A DNA stretch of 64,000 nt from Mytilus edulis (Eukaryota), in contig NC_092347.1 in the NCBI RefSeq assembly GCF_963676685.1, forward strand, positions 34,348,001 to 34,412,000, read 5' to 3'. Below, piece after piece: positions 28,451 through 41,436 of this stretch. Position 1 is the stretch's first letter, and every line of letters starts with the position of its first letter. The notes beneath the pieces were generated by a model. It made no database searches. It saw nothing but the letters and a program-made list of their open reading frames with translations, and was not told where the DNA came from. The position numbers and the translations under genes are program-made.

Positions 28451-28545
28451 CACAGACACTTTAGTCTCGTCTCAGAATTTATTTCCCCTATATACCTTTA
28501 TATAACGGTATATAGCGGAAATAAATTATGAGACGAGTGCCTGTG
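28451..28545. mobile_element. 95-bp palindromic MITE with 8-bp TSD (hAT-type); second copy at 47247-47335
   Basis: CCAAGGAC|CACAGACACT ... GAGTGCCTGTG|CCAAGGAC; almost fully self-complementary. Confidence 0.8.
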
Positions 28546-28683
28546 CCAAGGACGAATGTCACCACCTTTTTCTGTACAACTGGCAATTTTGTTGTCATCC
28601 CTTTGACCAGACCATTATACCACGAAAAGCAAGAATAATCGTACCATCATTGTATCAGAGCTGATGTAAAGTCATCCTTGATA

Positions 28684-29442
28684 TCTATAATACTAAAACT
28701 ACGAGGTCCAATTTGTCAGCCGTCATCACGTAAAAACGACGAATCACAGAATTCAACTTTATATATAACTAATATAGTACAAAGGTGTAGATTAAAAATT
28801 ACACCACTCCAGGCCCTTTTGTTTTCCATGTAATTAATATTGCCAATAATGAAGAAGTTCCGGGTCGAGTCCGCTACCGATACCAATAGTATATTCACCT
28901 ATTACCTTATCTGTACGTTCCGCATCTGACCGGCGCACCACCAAACGTTGTATTCAGGATTAATATGCTATATACACGAGTCAAAACCACAGGGTTGACA
29001 CTACTAAATTGTCAAATTGTTACCTATTGTAGTATTTTAATCAGTTAGACTTTCTAAGATAACAATACGAATACTAAAAATCTGAACTAAAAATATGGCG
29101 TATAGGTACAGTTTTCAATTTGTTAGTGGGCATGACGTAAAACAATGAAGCAAAGAATTCAACTTTACTTATAACTTATATAGGACTTAATAAGAATAAT
29201 GCTGTTGATTAGAAAATACTCCATTCCAGGACCTTTTGTTTTCCAAATAATTAATATTACCAATAATTGATAAGTTCCAGTTCGACGGGTTCAAACAGAA
29301 AGACTTGAAAGCAGAGAAAAACTGTGTATCTTATAATCGGCATGACTTTAACAGATGACAATACTAATACCAAAATAAGGCTTGCGCATAGTTATATACT
29401 TTAATTCAGTCACGGACCCGTGATATCACGGGTGTGTTCTAG
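28684..29442 (+). mobile_element. Non-autonomous Helitron
   Basis: A|TCTATAATACTAAA 5' end; 3' hairpin ACCCGTGATATCACGGGT followed by CTAG|T; no TSD; internal diverged direct repeat; isolated 5'-end fragment near 33508-33540. Confidence 0.85.
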
Positions 29443-29689
29443 TAGTATACAAACATTTTACATTTCTATATAAAAATCTCAATCTTGCATTAGCGTTGTT
29501 TATGATATTGGAAACTATTTGTTTACAATTTACATAAACAAATATCAATGTAAACTCCTAAATACTTTGACACAATTTGACGATTAGATAAGGTGATCAT
29601 TTCATTTAATCTGAAAACAAATATTTTACTTTGTCTTCCGGCTTTTTTTTAAAGAGGGAGGGGGGGGGGGCACAAAGCATACATTCATG

Positions 29690-30070
29690 TTTTCCTGGAT
29701 GTAATAACAGTTTATTATCTACTAACCAGTCTTACCATTTTTTCCAGAAATTTTCCCAATTTTGTAGAAATAATATCTGGATTTTTATGAGTATATAAAA
29801 TAGCGCTATCATCAGCGTATCAAATTGTTTAACAGTCTTCATTAATACTGATTGAAATATCATTAATATATGTTAAAAATAACAGCGTTCCAAAGATACT
29901 TCCTTTGGGGACACCACATGTGACTTCCATGGGTTCCGACATAACATGATCTAAAAATACAAAATGAAGTCAATCAGATAAACAATTCTACAGATTGAAC
30001 ACCTATAACTTTAGGTTTTGAACATAAAGTTGTGTGGTTAAACGCTTTTTGCAGATAGCTTGATTATTCG
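29690..30070 (-). mobile_element. Decayed CR1/L2-type reverse transcriptase fragment
   Basis: Minus-strand CGVPKGSIFG and YADDS motifs without an intact frame. Confidence 0.6.
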
Positions 30071-30535
30071 TGTATAAGTACCATTTGAATTATTTGTAAT
30101 TGTATAATTTAATAAATGGTATAGACATTATCAATTGAACCAGAAAATAACAAGAAGACAATACCATGTTGATAATTTCCTCTAAGAACAGCAACAGCTG
30201 ACAGCATTATATTTTATTAACATTTCGTTCAGAGTCCCGTCAATTCCATGAATTTTGACATCTTTCGTCTTGGAAATACATTTCTTACATTTAAAAAAAA
30301 AGAGAAGGGGTCAAAAACCTGGAAACCTCCCCTCGGGATCCGCGACTGATCTTTTACATGTTCTATTGTGTCGAGGAGTATAAAGAAATTATTATATCTA
30401 CCTCTCTATATATGATAATGGTAAGTATAATAGTCATGCGAAATATTGACATCGTCTTCCTTCATTTTTTTTTAAAGTATCAAGATAAATTTCGCAACCA
30501 AAATTTGATGTGAAAGTAGTTTTCCTTTTGAGTCA

Positions 30536-30984
30536 CCATGTATCATCGGTACACGGATATATAGCTATTATATATAGGTACTTCGAAGCGTAAAAAGTTA
30601 TATACCACCGTACAGAAGGTTTGATGTATGAAAGATTTCATTGCCAATTATTAAAACAGCTATTCTTATTACGCACCCACAGTGGCCTTCTATCAGAAAA
30701 AGAGTTGCAATGAATATAGAATCATCGGATGAGAGGATCGCAAACTTCTTTGGCAAGTATTTACACATGTTTTTAGTTAAGAGTTCTTGTTTTGGGAAAA
30801 TTATGAGACTTCTCTAATCATCAGTCTACGACCAAATCATTTCTTCAAACAACAATTATGCTTAGATTGAAGAACACATTGATATTATGAAAACAAAGCA
30901 AATATTGTCTTACCGTGTCAGGTAAAAATCGATCATACCCGCTTGGTTGGTACCTATATCCGCTGTACCGATGATACACGATGG
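30536..30984. mobile_element. ~450-bp MITE with ~30-bp imperfect TIRs
   Basis: CCATGTATCATCGGTACACGGATATA vs TATATCCGCTGTACCGATGATACACGATGG; flanks GAGTCA/GAGTTA (possible 6-bp TSD with one mismatch). Confidence 0.6.
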
Positions 30985-32032
30985 GAGTTATTTTTAAGAT
31001 GTTTTTGCCCAATCTTCCATCATGACATCTGCAACGGATGATTATTTGATTGCCAGTTATTTTGATCTTTAATAAAAGATCTTCAAAGATTGCTTATAAG
31101 TAGGCGAGAACACGGGTTCAGCAAACGTATAAGCGAGACATAGCGATCTACACCGAAAGATAAGAAAACGATGTTTCTATACTTTTTATTTTAATGTCAA
31201 TAGAAAGCTTTATATTGAACAATTATTTTACAAATTTTGTTTGTTTGTTAGTATATTACACTAGATTTATTTTAGTTTAATAAGCATTAAGATTTAATTA
31301 TTAACCTAAAAATGCTATTTGTTGTTGACTGTACAAGTAATGATTATACTTAATGTTTTTACAATTTAAGGGGAGGTAATTCACTTTGCATAAGAAATGT
31401 AAAAATACAATAGAGAAAATATCTCGCACGTTATGTTATGATCTTGAATGAGATGGTCTTAGATATTATATAGACCCACTGCTTGTCTGGCAAAACAGCC
31501 GTTGGACGTCAGAGTAATCTCGGACTTATTGTTGGTATGACCAAACTGTGGAAAGAAATTTTATTTTGCCAAGACTCACTGAGACTAGAACTATTAAAAT
31601 GATTACTATAGAACACACCTGCGAAATCGCTATATACAGCTTGTGTACTATTGTAGGATGATTTTTTGTCAAAGATATTATGTATGGAGAATTTCATAAA
31701 AGATATGAAAAGCTCTCTCCCTTTTTTCAAAGTCCGATATTTGTTTCCTTTCTGTTAAATTCAATTATTTCGTGTTTCTGGCCTCAGACCACAAATATTC
31801 TTCTCCTTTGCTACAATGCTTCTTTTGGTAAAAGTCAAATCAAATTAAAAAATTTGCACCGTTTCAAACATGAAATAAATGTAACTGCTTATATATAGAC
31901 CATTATTAGTCTAATAAAATATGCTTCTAGGACAATCCATCAGTGCTTTTTCTTTTGAGAGCCTTATTAATTAACATGCCAATGGTAGGATATGAATCTT
32001 GTATAAATGACCAAGACCGACTTAGGCTAATT

Positions 32033-32230
32033 TGAGGGGTGGTCGGAGGGGTTCTGATCCCGAAATCCCGGGCTTAAAACCATGAAATCCCAAGATGCAA
32101 ATTTTAAAGAAATTCATATCCCGAAATCCCGAAATCGAAAAAAATATTCCCGGATCACGTAAGGATCAATCCCAAAATCAGGAGCTTAAAAACACCCGAT
32201 CCCGACGCCCCCAAAAAGGTCCTGCCTTTC
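32033..32230 (+). repeat. Dispersed ~200-bp repeat with internal ATCCCGAA motifs; second copy at ~43770-43973
   Basis: Both share CTGATCCCGAAATCCCGG..CTTAAAA.CATGAAATCCC..AAGGATCAATCCC. Confidence 0.7.
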
Positions 32231-32288
32231 TCTAATCTCTACCTTACTTTCATTTTTGCCAAATCACTATTTTCCCTTTCAACAATCA

Positions 32289-32405
32289 ATTTTTATGTCC
32301 CATTTATGGGCATTATGTTTTCTAGTCTGTGCATCCGTGCGTTCGTTCGTTAGGTCGTCCGTCCGTCCGTCTGTCCTGCTTTAGGTTAAAGTTTTTGGTC
32401 GAGGT
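32289..32405 (+). mobile_element. 5' fragment of a Helentron-associated (HINE/DINE-1-like) element
   Basis: TTTTTATGTCCCATTTATGGGCAT start followed by (GTTC/GTCC)n microsatellite; same family as 59860-60135 and 61245-62738. Confidence 0.6.
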
Positions 32406-33074
32406 AGATGACGGAATCATATCCGGACTCCTTTTTTGTCGTTTTTCTCCCAAAATAACTCAATCTGAATAATCGTAAGAATGGATGACAAATGCGACTA
32501 TGCATGTTACCTATAGGACACAGAGGCATAATGATTAATTTATTGTGGAAGGAAGAGAAGCGACACACAAAATGAGGTCTTCTCGTTTAATAGTATAGAT
32601 AAGGAGGAGCGCAAAGGGAGAGGTATCTGCACGGAAGAACGCGAAATAAAATAACCATTACACGATGAACGAACAATTAAAACTGATCTTTTACCGATTT
32701 CACGAAACACGGTGATTAACGAACTTTTTTCACAACTGCACGTGAAATAAAAATGACAAAACACGTTGCACGAAAATAACACTTTACCACCCTCTATAAT
32801 CACTCTTCTTTTCATTTTTTTTTGGCGAAAGCAAATTTACAGATTCAGTGAATAATCCAGAACTTTTCATATATAATCAACCAAATTTTTCCCACGAAAG
32901 GGGGGCGGGCCCCCATCCCCCCGGCCCCCTGGATCCGCCTATGAGATTTAACATTGCTGGGCAGAATGTGAATTCAGCCTTGTGGTGATTTGATGGATAA
33001 AACCTGTCGTAGAGTGAACTTGCTACTGGTTCAGGCGTATATATATATAGATACTAGTAAGTTTATATAATGAA

Positions 33075-33240
33075 GCCCAGGTGGTCGTGTGGTCTAGCGC
33101 GCCGGTTACAGTGCAGGCGATTTGCTGTCACGATAGCTCAGTAGCATGGGTTCGAATCCTGGCTAGGGAAGAACAAATAATTTGCGAAAGCAAATTTACA
33201 GATCTAACATTGTTGGGTTGATAAACGAGTCTAAATTGAA
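33075..33240 (+). mobile_element. tRNA-derived SINE
   Basis: A-box-like TGGTCGTGTGG and B-box GGTTCGAATCC; body GCGAAAGCAAATTTACAGAT..AACATTG also present at 32825-32960, where it is split by a mini-MITE. Confidence 0.7.
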
Positions 33241-33567
33241 AACTACGTTCAAACCAGTTACCTATATGATTGCGTTGGATAAAAATCGCAAGATTTATGA
33301 GTTTGACTGTCCCTTTGGTATCTTTCGTCCCTCTTTTATACGTGTGCATGTAAAACAAATTTCGTTGTAGAAGGGTCTAAATATAGCACAAACAACATTT
33401 TCCAAAAGACCAAAAAAGTGAAAGAAAAATATATATTTAAACAAAACGAATTTGACTAACAGGTCGAACAACTGATGTTCTTTAACCCTGCTGACTATAT
33501 AAATATATCTATAATACTAAAATTAAGAGGTCCAGATGATATGAGAATATAGTTGTTAATGCAAAAC

Positions 33568-35861
33568 TATGGAACGCCGTAGCTGCCTTATGTGTACTTG
33601 TTTTTAGATACGCTTATACTTTTCAATATATGCACATAGTTTTTCTATATATGCACATACTTTTTCTCTATATGCATATAGTTTACTTTATATGCACATA
33701 GTTTACTTTATATGCACATAGTTTTTCTATATATGCACATAGTTTTTCTATATATGCACATAGTTTTACTATATATGCACATACTTTTTCTCTATACGCA
33801 CATACTTGTTCTCTATATGCACATAGTTTACTTTATATGCACATAGTTTTTCTCTATATGCACATCTGTTACTTATTCGTTTTTAATGCGCGGAGTATAC
33901 GGTTGCACTTTGAATTAAATCGTTTTTCAATTGTGTTCATGTCTCTGGTGGTAACAATGTGTTAGTACAGATGAAATGACCCTATAAGCGCGATTGCAAC
34001 CGTTCCAGTGCTCGGTTATTACCCTGTTACTTATTCACTTATAATACGTTTGTTGTACGTTGCACCTTTTAAAAAAAAAATTCAATTGTGCCCATGTCTC
34101 TTGGTGTAACAATGTGTTCTTAGAGATGAAATGACCCTATTAGCGCGCATGTACCCGTTCCAGCGTTCGGTTGACACCCTGTTATCTATTCGTTACCTAT
34201 TCGTTACCTATTCACTTATAATACGTTTGTTGTACGTTGCACCTTTTAGAAAAGGATTTTCAATTGTGTTCATGTCTCTGGTGGTAACAATGTAATCTTA
34301 GAGATTGAATGACCCTATTAGCGCGTATGTACCCGTTCCAGCGCTCGGTTAATACCCTGTTACCTATTTGTTACCTATTCGTTACCTATTCACTTATAAT
34401 ACGTTTGTTGTACATTGCACCTTTTAGAAAAGGATTTTCAATTATGTCCATGTCTCAGGTGGTAACAATGTGTTCTTAGAGATGAAATAACCCTATTACT
34501 GCGTATGTACCCGTTCCAGCGCTCGGTTAATACCCTGTTACCTATTCGTTACTTATTCGCTTATAATACGTTTGTAATACTTTTTATGTGTAGTGTAGTA
34601 TGTTCAGACTTATTTTTGTTTGTACGTTTTGGATGATTTTGTTTAAATATTCCATGTGTAATGGCAGTGTAAACATTCAGAGTTTGAATTTATTAGAATA
34701 GTAAATTTGACATTTAAGAGAAAGCTGTACTTGTCACAAAGCTGCCACCAAAAAATAGGGACATTGCTTTAATCTACAATTTTCTATGACAATGATAAAT
34801 GTTCATTAAGAAGAGCAAATTTTTATCTTTTATTCATCATATTTGATTTTCAACCATATTTGTCAGGGTTCTCCAAGGAAAATATGTGCAAAAGAAGAAA
34901 CATGTAAATACTTTAATTTTATATAACAGGTAACAGGTTATTTACCGAGCGCTGGAACGGGTACTTGCGTGCTAATAGGGTAATTTCATCTCTAAGAACA
35001 CATTGTTACCACAAGAGACATGGACAAAATTGAAAATCCTTTTCTGAAAGGTGCAACGTACAACAAACGTATTAAAAGTGAATAGGTAACATGGTATTAA
35101 CAGAGCGCTGGAACTGGTGCATGCGCGCTAATAGGGTCATATATCTCTTAGAAAACATTATTACCACCAGAGATATGAACTTAATTGAAAATCCTTTTCT
35201 AAAAGGTTCTACGTACGACAAACGTATTATAAGTGAATAGGTAACAGGGTATTAACCGAGCGCTGGAACGGGTACATGCGCGCTAATAGGGTAATTTCAT
35301 TTTTTTTAAAACACATTGTTACCATCAAAGACACGGACACAATTGAAAATCCTTTTTTAAAAGGTGCAACGTACAACAAACGTATTATAAGTGAATAAGT
35401 AACAGGGTATTAACCGAGCACTGGAACGGTTGCAATCGCGCTTATAGGGTCATTTCATCTGTAAGAACACATTGTTACCACCAGAGACATGAACACAATT
35501 GAAAAACGATTTAATTCAAAGTGCAACCGTATACTCCGCGCATTAAAAACGAATAAGTTACAGATGTGCATATAGAGAAAAACTATGTGCATATAAAGTA
35601 AACTATGTGCATATAGAGAACAAGTATGTGCGTATAGAGAAAAAGTATGTGCATATATAGTAAAACTATGTGCATCTATAGAAAAACTATGTGCATATAT
35701 AGAAAAACTATGTGCATATAAAGTAAACTATGTGCATATAAAGTAAACTATATGCATATAGAGAAAAAGTATGTGCATATATAGAAAAACTATGTGCATA
35801 TATTGAAAAGTATAAGCGTATCTAAAAACAAGTACACATAAGGCAGCTACGGCGTTCCATA
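33568..35861. mobile_element. 2.3-kb foldback-like non-autonomous DNA transposon with IS3EU-type termini
   Basis: CAAAAC|TATGGAACGCCGTAGCTGCC ... GGCAGCTACGGCGTTCCATA|CAAAAC (6-bp TSD, TAY..RTA ends); arms of ~0.9-1 kb built from ~21-bp and ~160-180-bp tandem modules around a ~350-bp spacer. Confidence 0.85.
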
Positions 35862-35892
35862 CAAAACAATATAATGTTAATAGAATTCATAA

Positions 35893-37566
35893 AGGAGTAG
35901 GTCCGGTAAGGACTCATTTTGGCCTCAAATTTCAGTTTCAGGCGCGTAGCTCCATATACGCTAACACGCAGTTGCGTGCACATCGATTCGGCAAGCAAAA
36001 AAAAAAATGCCAAAATAAAAATTTATAAATTAATTATGGTTAAAGGAAACACATATGTTGTCACTTTTTTAATTGATGAACTTTCATTAAATAACGGCAT
36101 TTCAAATTAAACGTTTTATTGGAGATCATGTAAAAATCGGACAGTACCAGATTTGAATTTATTATACTCAGTCTAAGACGTGTAGTTTCGGAGCACATTT
36201 TACAGAGTACGGCTTATCTGTTTGCGATGCGATGTACCAATCGAGATTTATCGAAACCCTTTGATATTATTGAAAATATGCCGAGGCGATGTATTCGAAA
36301 GACTATTAGAGCCAATCACCATGAAAACACGCCAAAAGAGCATTGGAAAGTCTCATTATATTTTGCGTTCACACACGTAGACCATATGATAATGGAATTG
36401 GAGAGTAGAGGGTGTCTGGTATTATCAGAAAATAGCTTCTTTCTGTCGTATCTGCTTCCTCGTGTTGTAGGACATATAACCAAGGAATAATTCTCAACAT
36501 TGTCTGAGACATACAAAATGACCTGGCATGTATTTGGCGAACAATTTCAATCGGGAGGTCGCTCGATTGACAACACGTACGCTGGTTTATAACATCTCGC
36601 GAGTGCTACCATGCACATCTATCAGTTTATTAAGTCTGTTGAAAACAAATGTACGATCAACAATTAACAACGTCAGGTTATCATCGCTAGCATTACTGCA
36701 TATTGATCGGGATTTCAGTGTGAATGTTGACAAAGTAATAGAGAAGTTCGTTTCTGCTTAGACCCGAAGAGCAGATTTTGGTCAATGTTGAGTAAATTCT
36801 GTAATTCAAAAATGTGTTGTCTCTATTCAGAAGATTCAAGTATTAATAGTTTTACGTTCATAAATTGTTTATAAGTCCTATTTACATGTAGCTCCTCTTT
36901 AAACCGTCCTATGACCGAAAACCGAAAAAAAAAACATTTTTCTGCAGTAAAGGGTCCAAAAATTTTTTCGCCTCGCTCCGCTCGGCGGTAGTTGCTTGCA
37001 CATCGTTTTCTCCTGGCTACGCCCCTGAGTTTCATCTGACGAAAAGTTTTGACCACTTTTTAAAGACTTAAGTGTCTATTTCACTTGATTTAATTAGTAT
37101 AAGTGAAAGATTTTAACTGATTTAGTCATTAAAAACGATCCGATTCAAGCTCAAATATGAAAAATCTCTCAAATATGCCAAAAAACGTCACTTTTCAGAT
37201 GGTTTTTGGTAAAAATGAAAGTGGCCGCATCCGTGTTCATCCACAACCTTTATATATGTTATGTATTATCATAAAATACAACTTACATTTCAATATTAAG
37301 GATGAACACGAATACGGCCACTTTCGTTTTACAAGGAAACCGTCTAAAATTTACCTAAAATGATAGAATTTTGAAGATTTCAGTAATTTAGCATGACTTA
37401 ATGGTGCTACAACCCGATATATGTGCATTGTATTGTCAAAACCAGCCCATATATTTGTAGCAGAAGCATTCAACTGTCCAATACATAACTAAAAGTTTAC
37501 ATTTTAACAATTTTGTAAAACTGTTATATTTTGGGGCCAAAAAGGGGTCTTACCGGACCTACTCCT
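35893..37566. mobile_element. Kolobok-like MITE (family of 1393-1974) interrupted by a hAT insertion
   Basis: TIR AGGAGTAGGTCCGGTAAG/CTTACCGGACCTACTCCT; interior is the reverse complement of 1393-1974 once 35939-37027 is removed. Confidence 0.85.
35939..37027 (+). mobile_element. Non-autonomous hAT element with 5-bp TSD, copy B (near-identical inverted copy of 24365-25453)
   Basis: AGTTT|CAGGCGCGTAGC ... GCTACGCCCCTG|AGTTT; 1089 bp; I could see only about two differences from copy A. Confidence 0.9.
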
Positions 37567-38950
37567 TTTACAAGCATGACATGTAACAGGAATAAGATAA
37601 GTCCTAAAATTGAGTCGTTTCAAAAATTACTTGTACTTATAATATTCGATGTGTTTAACTAGTCGAGAATAATTATTTTTGTTTATTCATATTTTTAACG
37701 GTTTCTGTTTAATTTATTACAGATTGAATGCTGCCCTCTAGATGTCTTTTATTTGTGTTGTGTGGTTGCTGACTCATTTACATATGCCCCATTCAGTATG
37801 TGAATATCATTTTATACATAACGAAAACGCGTGTGAGTTTCCACATTTGAACTTTATATTGTTGATTGAGAATAAAAATATAACTAGGTCACACTTTGTT
37901 ATATATACCGGGGCTTGATTTAGTTTAACTAATGACAATTGCAGTTTGCGTTTTGTTCAACGTTGAAGGCCTAATAGTGACATGTACTTGTTCACGTTCA
38001 CGTCCCTTTGGTTCTATGATGAATAGTTGTTTACATGACAATGGTATCAAATCATCTTAATTTATATGATAATATTCAATACCATTTTATAAAAAGCTAG
38101 TAAATGGTATTATTCAAAGACTAAAACCTCTGTTTTCTAGCACAACAATATGCTCTGACATGCATATATCCAAAAGAGGCATATGCCTGGCAGAACAATA
38201 TGCAGTCGGTAAATGCATGTTATAAAAGAAAAAAGAAAACGAAATATATAAGGATAAAGGGAGTAAATCTAAAAAGAGGCACAATGACAAAGAACTCCGA
38301 ACATGAAAAAAAAAACAATTAACAAAACTTGATGTGACCTGCATATTATTAATTCATTGAAACTGAACCTATAGTTTCAGGAATTCCGGTCAAACAACCG
38401 GAAAGCTGGTTCAAATTCAATTACAAGTAAAAAATAGATCCTGTTCTCACAGACTTATATCAATTAGTACACATCTTATGGATTTAGTGTAAAGACACGA
38501 TATCTAGAAAAGCATGACTTTAAATCAAGGACTTTTAGCAATGCCATATATAAGCAAGAACGTCTCTTTTAGTATACTAAAACTTATAAAGTTTGTGAAT
38601 GTCGATAATTGTTGGTGGCCGTTGAGTAAACTTATTCACATCTTTTATAGCTTTGAAATTTGATCTTTGGTGAATAGTTACTAGTCACATTGGCAATCAT
38701 ACCATATCTCTAAATTATGTATATATAATATATATACATATCGAAAGTCATTTGCTCTTAAACAATCAATATACGCCTATATCTTATATGAGAATCTCTA
38801 CATAAGTTTTGGTCAAACCAACAAGTTATGCATAGATTCAACAGACAAGCACGAATACGTAAATTCTAATTAAAGAAACATCAGACTTGAATTTCAGAAA
38901 TAAACTAAAATAATAAACAGTTGAACCATTTTTATTTATTAAAACTGAAT

Positions 38951-39402
38951 CTAATGTAGTAGCCACCCAGAAAATGTTGGTTTTCCGTGAACGTTGGTAT
39001 GTATTCTACCATCGCCAGCATATGCTGAATGGTTACGGACATACACCGTATCACCTTTTGACACATGGGCAACAACTGTACCACTAACAGATCCATCATC
39101 TCTACCCTTAGCACGAAGAAATGTGGACCCGTAAACGGAATTGTTAATCATCAGCTCCGTAGAATGTTCGGCTTGATGCACTCGGATGACCCAGACAAAT
39201 ACGTACATCCCTGTTTTTGGACACGTAAAAACTCCAGTTTTGCTGTTGTAGCCGCTTCCTTGATTTGTCTTTGTTACACCAAATACAAGTCTCTAACCAG
39301 TTCTCGGGATCACATTCTTTGACATGTAGGCATGAAAAGCAATAACTCCCGGAATCTCCTTGCTGGCTTCACCTCTAATATTTACAATGACATCATATCC
39401 GC
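38951..39402 (-). pseudogene. C1q-domain-containing gene, exon 2 (globular C1q head) with in-frame TAG
   Basis: Acceptor TTTTGTAG| (phase 1); translation GGYDVIVNIRGEASKEIPGVIAFHAYMSKNVIPRTG*RLVFGVTKTNQGSGYNSKTGVFTCPKTGMYVF...GDTVYV...TFSGWLLH*; premature stop at 39293-39295. Confidence 0.9.
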
Positions 39403-40619
39403 CTACAAAATTCAGTAAGACATTGAGCTTTGGTTTTAAGTATATCTAATGTAGGACAGATATTATATGTTTGCTGTGACAGCGTGCACAAAGTTGACGG
39501 CAACTGTAAAATGCGCTTTTTAAATAGTTCTATACAACCGTGTTTAAAATAGTTTTGAACAAAAATAAGAATAAGAAATTTTTTATGATAAAATAATAAA
39601 TGCATGCCATTAAAATGCACATTAATAGTAAGGTAAATTGAATATTAATCTATAAAGCATGAAACGGACATATAGAATACGGCAAAAATACGGTGTAACT
39701 TGTAACATTAAATAAGCATAAATTAGAGTTTTTGACCTAAAACTTATACAAATGCAACATATTTTCCTGCATTTTCGTATTGCAGAATTGTTCGGATTCG
39801 GACTCTGACATCACACGAATTCATCGCAAAAAAATCAAAAACAATCATGGTAGATAAGTTTGGAATTATCTTCGTTATGTGTAAGAAGTAGTAATTTAGA
39901 AGGACTAATAATCATTAAATACATATAACGTCAGAACACTGAAGTCTACGAAGCGCTACTATAGAATATGAATATCAAACCATATGATTTTTTTTTCATC
40001 ACTGAAATTTAATTATATCACACATTTACCAAAACAAAAGACAAGTCATTGTTTTATTTCATTTTTCGAGTAAAATATTTTTAATAACAAACATGTAAAA
40101 CACTTGACGTTAAGCACGTGACTGTGACAGCACGATGAATATAATTTGAGTCTTTTCCTTCAAATTGCCTGTAACGTTTTGTGCGGTACGTATACGTTTT
40201 AACCTTTTTAGATGAAGACGCTCTTTTATTTTAAAAACCCTGTTAAAAAATACAAAAATCTTAATAAGTATAGAATTATTTCAATGCATATATAAATAAT
40301 AAAACAGATAATGAAAATAATAAAGAAATGTAATGCGTTATTGTTCTCCCTTATATATGTGATATAAGGTCAAGTAACAGTAAATGAACGCCGTCTAGCG
40401 GATACCGCGAAATATTGCGACGTTTTGTACGAATTACGTCCCTTTGACCAGATTTTGCTATGTTAAAATTGCACCCGGCGACTTTTCGATGAGACAACGT
40501 CAACGGTAAATTTCACGGAAAGTATGTTACTTCTAGGAGAATGAACTTGTTTTTCTAAAATTAAAAATTGAAAATGAATATGAAAACAGTCCTGAAGACG
40601 ATCTTCAAAATGAAAATCA

Positions 40620-40862
40620 GGACGTAGCCAGGGTGGTAGAGTTTGTATATCTGCCGACCAGTTAAAACAAGTGTGAAATCTGTTGCTCACTACTATTTCT
40701 ACATAATTGTGATGAGAAAAAACAGTGTGGTCTCGGAAGTATTCTACATGTAGTATGTCAAAACTGTCCTTTCGAAAACCCTATATTCACTGAGAAAAGA
40801 CATCGTTTAGCAGAAAATAAGCAGAAGGGGTGCAAGTTTGGGACATTAATACTAAAGTTAAA
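40620..40862 (+). mobile_element. Decayed Kolobok/Mutator-like transposase N-terminal fragment
   Basis: Frameshifted remnants ending GLGSILHVVCQNCPFENPIFTEKRH ... VWDINTK resemble the zinc-binding N-terminal region of these transposases (recognised from memory). Confidence 0.5.
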
Positions 40863-41436
40863 ACTTAGTAACTGTATTGTACGGTAAGACTATATCTCCC
40901 ATATTTTGAAAGTTATCACACCAGTCGGAACAAGTAAAAATATTTTCAAATTAGAGAAAAAGAAATGAACCACATAAACTAATACTGGTCATAAATTCGC
41001 CGCTGCTGTCAACCAGTCATACATTGGCTAGAGGTATAGGGGGAGGGTTGAGATCTCATAAACATGTTTAACCCCGCCGCAATTTTGCGCCTGTCCCAAG
41101 TCAGGAGCCTCTGGCCTTTGTTAGTCTTGTATGATTTTAAATTTTAGTTTCTTGTGTATAATTCGGAGTTTAGTATGACGTCCATTATCACTGTACTATT
41201 ATGCAATTTCGATGTTAAAAATAGAACACAAATCTTTAAATAGATACATGTACAAATAGTATATGGTTTGAAAATTTATACAGGGCTTAGTATCCTAATA
41301 GTATTGACTCGTATGGTTGTCAATTGTTATATACATATGGGTAAAAATTAACCGAATAAAAAAAATGTACCCTAGCTGAAAGTAGCATCTCAAATACACA
41401 ATAGAACTGTTCTCAATTCTATTTCACTCATAAAAC

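Noticed and set aside
33075-33170. Functional tRNA gene
   Set aside because: A and B boxes are present, but there is no coherent cloverleaf, and it continues into a body sequence repeated at 32825-32960, as expected for a SINE
24365-37027. Single composite transposon bounded by the inverted hAT copies
   Set aside because: Outer flanks do not share a TSD; each copy has its own
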